Positions 59,701-64,000 of a stretch of DNA of 64,000 nucleotides are shown here, piece by piece (the stretch's first letter is position 1; the number at the start of each line of letters is the position of its first letter). The DNA is from Phoronis australis (taxonomy: Eukaryota > Animalia > Phoronida): NCBI GenBank assembly GCA_002633005.1, contig NMRA01000418.1, forward strand, positions 39,896-103,895. The letters are read 5' to 3'. The notes below the pieces were generated by a model. That model was given only the letters and a program-made list of their open reading frames with translations. It did no database searches and had not been told where the DNA came from. The position numbers and the translations under genes are program-made.

Positions 59701-62212
59701 AAACTGCCACTAGGGGGCACGGCGGTATTCGGGTCCGTCCAAAACTCATCATCGCTCGTTGTCAACTTCTTATAAACACATTTGCTGCATTTAATAAGAC
59801 CCTTAGAGCCTTTAGGAGATACAGCTATGCGCGCAAAAACAAACAAAACTGCAAGTAGGAGGCGCCACAGTAGTCGAAGTCGTCGGAAAATCATTGTCAA
59901 CTGTCCTCTTCATTGTAAGAACATGCATGACAATTTTCGCAATCATCCTGACAGAGGGTCAGACGCCAAAAATTGGACTCGAAAATACTAAAAATGGCCA
60001 CTAGATGGCGCAAAATACCTTGAATCAATCCGGAAACGTAAGAATAGTGCACCGCATTTCAAGAAAATCGGTTGAGGACCTTTGAAGATACAGAGGAAAA
60101 CATAAAAAATAAAATTGCCACTAGGGGGCACAGCGGTATTTGAGTCGGTCCGAAACTCAGTGCCCTTTGTTGTCAACCCCATGGGAACACACCTGCCAAA
60201 TTTCAATCATATCCTGTAAGTGGTTTAGGAGATACAGCCGCTGACACCGGACGCCCAGACAGAGATGATGGCAATATGCACCCACATATATATATGTGGG
60301 CGTATAAAAATTACCACTAGGAGGCACACTGTTAGTAGGATTCCTCTAAAAATTCGCTCATGTCATCCCATCCATGAAAAAAACAATTTCATGAAAATGC
60401 ATCCAAAGGTTTTGGAGAGTGCAGCAGATGCCTGACGGACGAACGAGGATGACGGCATAATGCACACACATATTTACATACATGTAAAATCTGAAACAGT
60501 CCGCTAAGCTAGGAGTCCAGTTTGCTGAATCAAGTGACGGATGCAGAGACGACTCACCTATCATCTTTTAGTAGACCATTGTCAGTTGTGATGTGTGTTG
60601 TACATGTACCTGATAGCCACCAACCCACCAATGACAATTGAGAGTAGGGAGGGGTGAAACCAGTATACTTCAGAACAAGCTATTTTTTCATCATAAAAAG
60701 TGAATTTCTTTCAAAGTGAGCGGAAATTGCATAGTTGTTAAGTTGGGGCTTCATTCTGTTACAAACATAAATATAGATTATTACATGTCGTTATCCCCGT
60801 TTACTTGAACCCGAGTGGATTTTGGAGAATAATCGCCCGAGGGGCGTTAGCCCCGAGGGTGATAATTCTCCAAAATCCACGAGGGCTCTAGATAAGGGGG
60901 ATAACGACATGTAATAATCTATTTATACCACATACTGAATGAGAAACATTGCAATGAATCGATCTACCTTTCTCAACTCGCCTTGGCTTTGTAACTACTT
61001 TCTGTTAGAGGCCCGGGGTTGGAGGTTGTGACCTTTTAAGAAAAGCCGAGCTATTTTTGTCAAAGAATGCTTATACTCAAAACCAATTGAAGATTTAAAC
61101 GAAATAGAAATAAAGTGAATCTATAAATTAAGGTTTAGCAACTATTATAGCTTACTACACATTTTATCACGCCAAGCTTCGACTGGGAAAATATCGTCTG
61201 CTAAAGTAGGTTACCACTAGTAACTGGCTATAATGCTCAAGTTAAAGGATCCCGACGACACGATACCCGCATTCAAATTCGAGATTGGTGATTTACAAGT
61301 GAGAGAACACGAGAGAAAAATTTCACTGAATTAAAATATCGTTTTGATGCGTCATATTTTTCATAGCGTATAAATGTCGGTTTCATGCCCTTTTCTGAAC
61401 ATGCGATTGTTGCGCGGGCTCATTTAAGTATTCTATTTTCATGTTCGATGATGTCAGCCGCTGAGTGGTGTAGTGGTAAAGTCGGCGACTCGCAACTGTT
61501 GAGGCCAGCGTTCGAATCAGGCCTCGGTTTCCCGCCAAGATGTTATCTCACTAGTGAGATAACTTTACGGGTTATTACACGAGGCTAATATTGTGGTATA
61601 AATAGAATTATTCTTCACTTATTTAGCACACAATGTGGTGAACAAGTTAAATTTCTCGACAAAGACAAAGATTAAAAAAACTTGTCAGTTGTTAGCTTGT
61701 TTTTACTATGCAGATGCAATAAAACAATGGTTAAAATTTCCATTGTTTACATCAAATTAACCAGTCTTTACAAAATTGAAAAAAATTTAACAATTATGAT
61801 TGTGTGTAACAACTGAAGCTGGTAATGTCATCAATAAACTACTTACAATCCACGACAAGCTGGCTAAGAGAACTTTTAGTGATGCCGCCGGTAACGGCCA
61901 CTTCCACACGGTACTGGCCTTCATCATCGGGCGTAACTTGTGACAGAGTGATGCTGAAGTTGGTTTTCCCAGCAGAGTAGTCAGTAGAACAACGAGACGC
62001 ATAGATAGGGTAAAACTTTCCATCATCAATAGGTGAAATACCTGGTTTATAGTAAGGAGCTTGAAACACGGTAGTTGTGCCTTTCAGTAATTTTAAATTC
62101 TCGAAAATTTCACCACTCCCCTGTACAAAACTTATCATGAACGTAGCACTTCCACCGTTGACACCAATGACTTTTTCTGCTGTAGTTACACTTAGGGCGG
62201 AAACAAAAATTT
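20702..62212 (-). CDS. Gene 2: Ig-superfamily paralog of gene 1 (V-Ig, C2-Ig, repeated micro-exon stalk, GPI-signal-like C-terminus); signal exon not identified
   Basis: All exons are phase 1: 62212-61847, 57109-56786, 43624-43589, 40506-40471, 31511-31476, 30064-30029, 26907-26872, 26027-25992, 25475-25440, 20784-20702. Joining across the long introns is inferred from phase compatibility and domain logic. Confidence 0.7.
20850..21950 (-). mobile_element. Degenerate LINE (APE endonuclease/RT) remnant
   Basis: An ETWL-like motif near 21790-21803 and FN..L..W..K-like pieces near 20940-21000. Heavily disrupted. Confidence 0.3.
21962..23292 (+). mobile_element. Non-autonomous Helentron/HINE-like element, family A
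   Basis: Starts AACTAGA with a short hairpin (ATTGTCAC-AGC-GTGACAAT). It contains internal sub-repeats (GAAGAAAAATGCACCTAATGACCCCATG twice) and an (AAGAAT)n microsatellite, then a 3' hairpin TACTCTGC...GCAGAGTA. Related copies lie at 27461-27902, about 46640-46738 plus 51721-52572, and 59291-59560. Confidence 0.55.
23029..23237 (+). repeat. (AAGAAT/AAG)n microsatellite
   Basis: Directly visible. It explains the spurious low-complexity ORFs at 22879-23349. It is much shorter in the sister copies (27809-27843, 52487-52517). Confidence 0.97.
25440..25475 (-). CDS. Gene 2 stalk micro-exon (DTVKPTGNGEGG)
   Basis: TTTACAG acceptor, 36 nt, GAG|GTACGT donor. Confidence 0.72.
25992..26027 (-). CDS. 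Gene 2 stalk micro-exon (DTVKPTENGKGG)
   Basis: TTTACAG acceptor, 36 nt, GAG|GTATGA donor. Confidence 0.72.
26872..26907 (-). CDS. Gene 2 stalk micro-exon (DTTKPTRSEEGR)
   Basis: TTTGCAG acceptor, 36 nt, GAG|GTATGT donor. Confidence 0.7.
30029..30064 (-). CDS. Gene 2 stalk micro-exon (DTVKPTGNGEGG)
   Basis: TTTACAG acceptor, 36 nt, GAG|GTACGT donor. Confidence 0.72.
30587..30622 (-). pseudogene. Inactivated stalk micro-exon copy (donor GT>TT)
   Basis: Same 36 nt as 25992-26027 but followed by TTATGA instead of GTATGA. Confidence 0.65.
31476..31511 (-). CDS. Gene 2 stalk micro-exon (DTTKPTGSEEGG)
   Basis: TTTGCAG acceptor, 36 nt, GAG|GTATGT donor. Confidence 0.72.
33546..35978 (+). CDS. 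SWIM zinc finger plus YqaJ/lambda-exonuclease-like PD-(D/E)XK nuclease (ISL2EU accessory protein, ~504 aa)
   Basis: Exons 33546-33711, 34328-34416 and 34719-35978 join in frame. SWIM motif CTCKAGKGFCQH. YqaJ motifs EWYQLRRHRITAS, FGIDNE, LGCSPD, LLEIKC, YYEQCIGQLGITGETWCDF. Confidence 0.9.
37470..39890 (-). CDS. THAP + HTH + DDE (DDE_Tnp_4/Harbinger-like) transposase, ~497 aa
   Basis: Exons 39890-39753, 39329-39151 and 38646-37470 join in frame. THAP: MVYCAVPVC..FHTFPKD..W..VCSSHF..AVPSVF. Catalytic motifs: ILDCTE, MVDKGF, RVHVERAIRRVK. Confidence 0.92.
40471..40506 (-). CDS. Gene 2 stalk micro-exon (DTTKPTRSGEGG)
   Basis: TTTGCAG acceptor, 36 nt, GAG|GTATGT donor. Confidence 0.72.
43589..43624 (-). 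CDS. Gene 2 stalk micro-exon (DTIKPTGSGEGG)
   Basis: TTTGCAG acceptor, 36 nt, GAG|GTATGT donor. It lies in a more diverged copy of the repeat. Confidence 0.72.
45340..45627 (+). mobile_element. Penelope-like retroelement fragment (GIY-YIG endonuclease)
   Basis: NVVISQMSC...TYIGETKRSLGTRIKEH...MGEH matches the C-terminal GIY-YIG domain of Penelope-like elements. Confidence 0.75.
46974..48774 (+). pseudogene. KolX-type protein (P2X7 C-terminal ballast / nanor-like Zn-binding domain), exon 1 frameshifted
   Basis: Exon 1 (46974-47243) has an acidic N-terminus and a frameshift near 47100-47130. It splices to exon 2 (48366-48774): WCTCDNC...ERVCCQE...CIVYHGSFQPVC...RHIAYRQFQRWVHGHLGRTVRVVIPACAVACIRAFYP. 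Confidence 0.8.
47460..47640 (+). mobile_element. tRNA-derived SINE in KolX intron
   Basis: A-box-like AGTGGCGCATTGG and B box GGGTTCGAATCC, followed by a SINE-like body. Confidence 0.55.
50075..50256 (-). pseudogene. Kolobok transposase last exon
   Basis: TTTTCAG acceptor. APPMLSAGAPDVSKEEAVARMRSRY resembles the PP.L......KEE.V....SRF C-terminus of Kolobok transposases. Confidence 0.6.
50600..50680 (-). mobile_element. tRNA-derived SINE head
   Basis: Minus strand has A/B boxes TAGCTGAATGG ... GGGTTCGATTCC. Confidence 0.5.
51200..51446 (-). pseudogene. Kolobok transposase first exon: THAP domain, frameshifted
   Basis: MVHRCVCANC..LFRFPKDKHLAAKW..FV, then in another frame EICSDHFEDGCF, ending at an AAG|GTAAGT donor. 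No DDE core is visible between this exon and the last exon. Confidence 0.75.
52600..53922 (+). repeat. Helentron/HINE-like family B element with internal ~140-bp tandem repeats
   Basis: Recurring CCACTAGGTGGCGC-like motif and AAATTT(T/C)ATGAAAA...TTGAGGACCTTTGAA. It ends in the hairpin TGCGTCCACA...TGTGGATGCA followed by TAATAAA. Confidence 0.7.
56786..57109 (-). CDS. Gene 2 exon: C2-set Ig domain, paralog of 3313-3633
   Basis: Open phase 1-1 exon RPSTPSISGAPTQPVLGGAGPTVLICTANLGKPQASMVWSRRIG...DDGVQFRCQVSNRQATL. The flanking intron sequence is also similar to gene 1. Confidence 0.9.
57551..59290. mobile_element. Second, uninterrupted copy of the CATG-ended non-autonomous element
   Basis: Colinear with 31892-33480 plus 39991-40148. 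It has CATG termini and lacks the ISL2EU insert. Confidence 0.9.
59570..60480 (+). repeat. Family B Helentron-like tandem repeat array
   Basis: Same ~140-bp units as 52600-53922, with a hairpin ATGCACCCACATA...TATGTGGGCGTAT at about 60275-60305. Confidence 0.7.
60773..61607. mobile_element. Palindrome-headed non-autonomous element (Crypton-like architecture) containing a tRNA-like segment
   Basis: 150-bp hairpin at 60773-60922. A second IR pairs TCTATTTATACC (~60918) with GGTATAAATAGA (~61595). tRNA-like A/B boxes at 61455-61530. Confidence 0.5.
61847..62212 (-). CDS. Gene 2 exon: N-terminal V-set Ig domain lacking the canonical disulfide
   Basis: TTTTTCAG acceptor, T|GTAAGT donor, phase 1-1. 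Reads VIGVNGGSATF...FSITLSQVTPDDEGQYRVEV, with DxGxY but no B- or F-strand Cys. Confidence 0.85.
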
Positions 62213-64000
62213 CTGAAAAAGCAAAAAAGTAGAAACTTATTTTTAAGGTTATCTGCAACCTTAGCTGGTGGTTAAAGCGCATCATGAGGACGAGATCGAA
62301 ACACTGAAATATCAAATTACGTATCAAAGTAAGGAATTGTGGTGAGGATTTACCTCTTGCAGTGTTCATGAATACAGAGTCACAGACGTGTGAGGCGACT
62401 CGTAGCATTCGTTCTTAACGTCCACATGCATGCAAACACACAACTCCCTAAGGATCATAACAACATGTTGTTTTTGATTTTCCTAGGCATCTTTCTATCA
62501 TTTGTATGCGCTATTGACCCAGTATTATGTCGAATCGGTGAGTGAAAGGACTGAGGGTACATACGGAGCTGCTCGGTGGCTGGCTGAAGATTCCATTTGA
62601 GTGACACCACTGTGACCTTAAACAAGCAGTAAAAAAATTTGGACGCGGTTGAGCGGTTCCAGGATGGTTCTACTAATTATTTTTTCTCTCTGCACAGAAT
62701 ATATTTGACCCAGAACCACAAAACAAGTCTTGAGTAGGGATTAGACATTAGTGTAACTCATTTTTTTTCTGAAAATACAGTATTTTCTGATCAATTTGAT
62801 GTATGAGGGCAATTCCAGTTGTGACGGACATACAATCAGAAAACATTGTGATCAATCGTGAAAAAATGTTCATCCTAGGAAAATAATCAACACATCAATT
62901 AATAGGTCTCATTGATAGGTTTCAAACCATGTATCAACTTTTCCCCAATCTTTTCATCTTTGCCTTTAAAAAAGTATGATGGACGGACGCAGAGAAGTTG
63001 AATTTTAAAAAAAATTGAATTTTCTGCGACTTGCATTACCGTATTTGCCCTAATAAGCGCCCATGCCCCTATAAATGCTCCCCTTGCGTTATCAGACTGC
63101 TAAAATAAGTGCCCAGTCCATGAACGTGGCCGTACTTCTGAAAAATGCCTCACCTACAGTTAAAATTCTACAGTAATGTCTTCAATTTATCAATAAGATT
63201 AGACAGTCCTGAAAAAATCATTGTGCGTGAGCCTCGCCGCTTTGTCGGTATTAGCCCTCACTATACACTTCAAATTTCCGTCGTGCTTCAAAAAGAATGT
63301 AAAAGTTTGGCAGATATTGTGAGGGACATGTCCTATTATGGTCTGGCCTTTCAGAACAGATGCAGTGTACGTGTCAACTGAATTGTATTGTATCGTTGAT
63401 GTACAGATCTCCCTCGACAGGAATCAAAGTATCTTTTGATGCGTGAAAACCGCGAATCAAAGGGCTCATAAAAACTTGACCTTTGTTAAAAGCACATCAG
63501 GGGGCCAAGAACCAGTCATCAATATTAGTCTTCGGGAACTCTCTATTCATGAAACGGGAAGCCCATCATCAGCCAGAAATAAATACTGGCACTTGTTTCC
63601 GAAAATTTCTAATACCGTAAAAAACGTTTGCGTTATTTATAGGAAGAATTATTAATTAAATTAATCATAATTGGTGTTCTTAAAATCAAAATGATGCGCT
63701 GATCGTGAAACTTTCGCACCCTTACATCCCTCGAATCTCCCAGTCATTACATTGCATTTATTCTGAAGGCGATTTTTTCAAATGAGACTATCTTATTTAG
63801 TCTCAAAGTGTGCGGAACGGTTCCACACTGTTTTTATATCCACTTTGGGCCATAAATATGGTATAGAACAAATCTATACCTTAACCTAAACATGTTTACA
63901 ATGTTATATTTTTATTTCCTCCATTGGCATTTTCTTGATTAGAAGTTCAATTTTTGCTATGCGGAATATTCCGCACTGCCTACGGAATATTCCGCAAAGT

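Noticed and set aside
61455-61530. Functional tRNA genes here and at 12817, 47460 and 50600
   Set aside because: A and B boxes are present, but I could not build a canonical cloverleaf. They are treated as SINE or tRNA-derived.
62354-62408. MLRVASHVCDSVFMNTAR as the signal-peptide exon of gene 2
   Set aside because: It has a phase-compatible donor but no hydrophobic core. The true first exon is probably outside the window.

Overview
Intron-rich, AT-rich animal genomic DNA, most likely a marine bilaterian invertebrate, judged from spliceosomal GT-AG introns and the transposon families present. The window holds two paralogous Ig-superfamily cell-surface genes in tail-to-tail orientation. Gene 1 (+, 3313-16565, 5' end not seen) encodes C2-type Ig, Ig, a Ser/Thr stalk, a TM helix, a SAM domain and a tail with multiple Tyr motifs (ITAM-like, YxN, YxxM). 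Gene 2 (-, 62212 to 20702, signal exon not seen) encodes a cysteine-less V-type Ig and the paralogous C2 Ig. These are followed by at least 7 hidden 36-nt phase-1 micro-exons (DTxKPTGxGEGG-like), multiplied by kb-scale tandem duplication, and a GPI-signal-like last exon. The exon joining for both genes is inferred from splice sites and phase. The introns of gene 2 carry nested mobile DNA. An apparently intact ISL2EU-type transposon (33481-39990; THAP-DDE transposase plus SWIM-YqaJ nuclease; TIRs; AT TSD) sits inside a CATG-ended non-autonomous element, whose empty copy lies at 57551-59290. Also present are a Kolobok element (46739-51720; TTAA TSD; KolX/P2X7-ballast-like gene), Helentron-like repeats with arrays of CTCF-consensus motifs, a 150-bp palindrome, and Penelope, LINE and SINE remnants.
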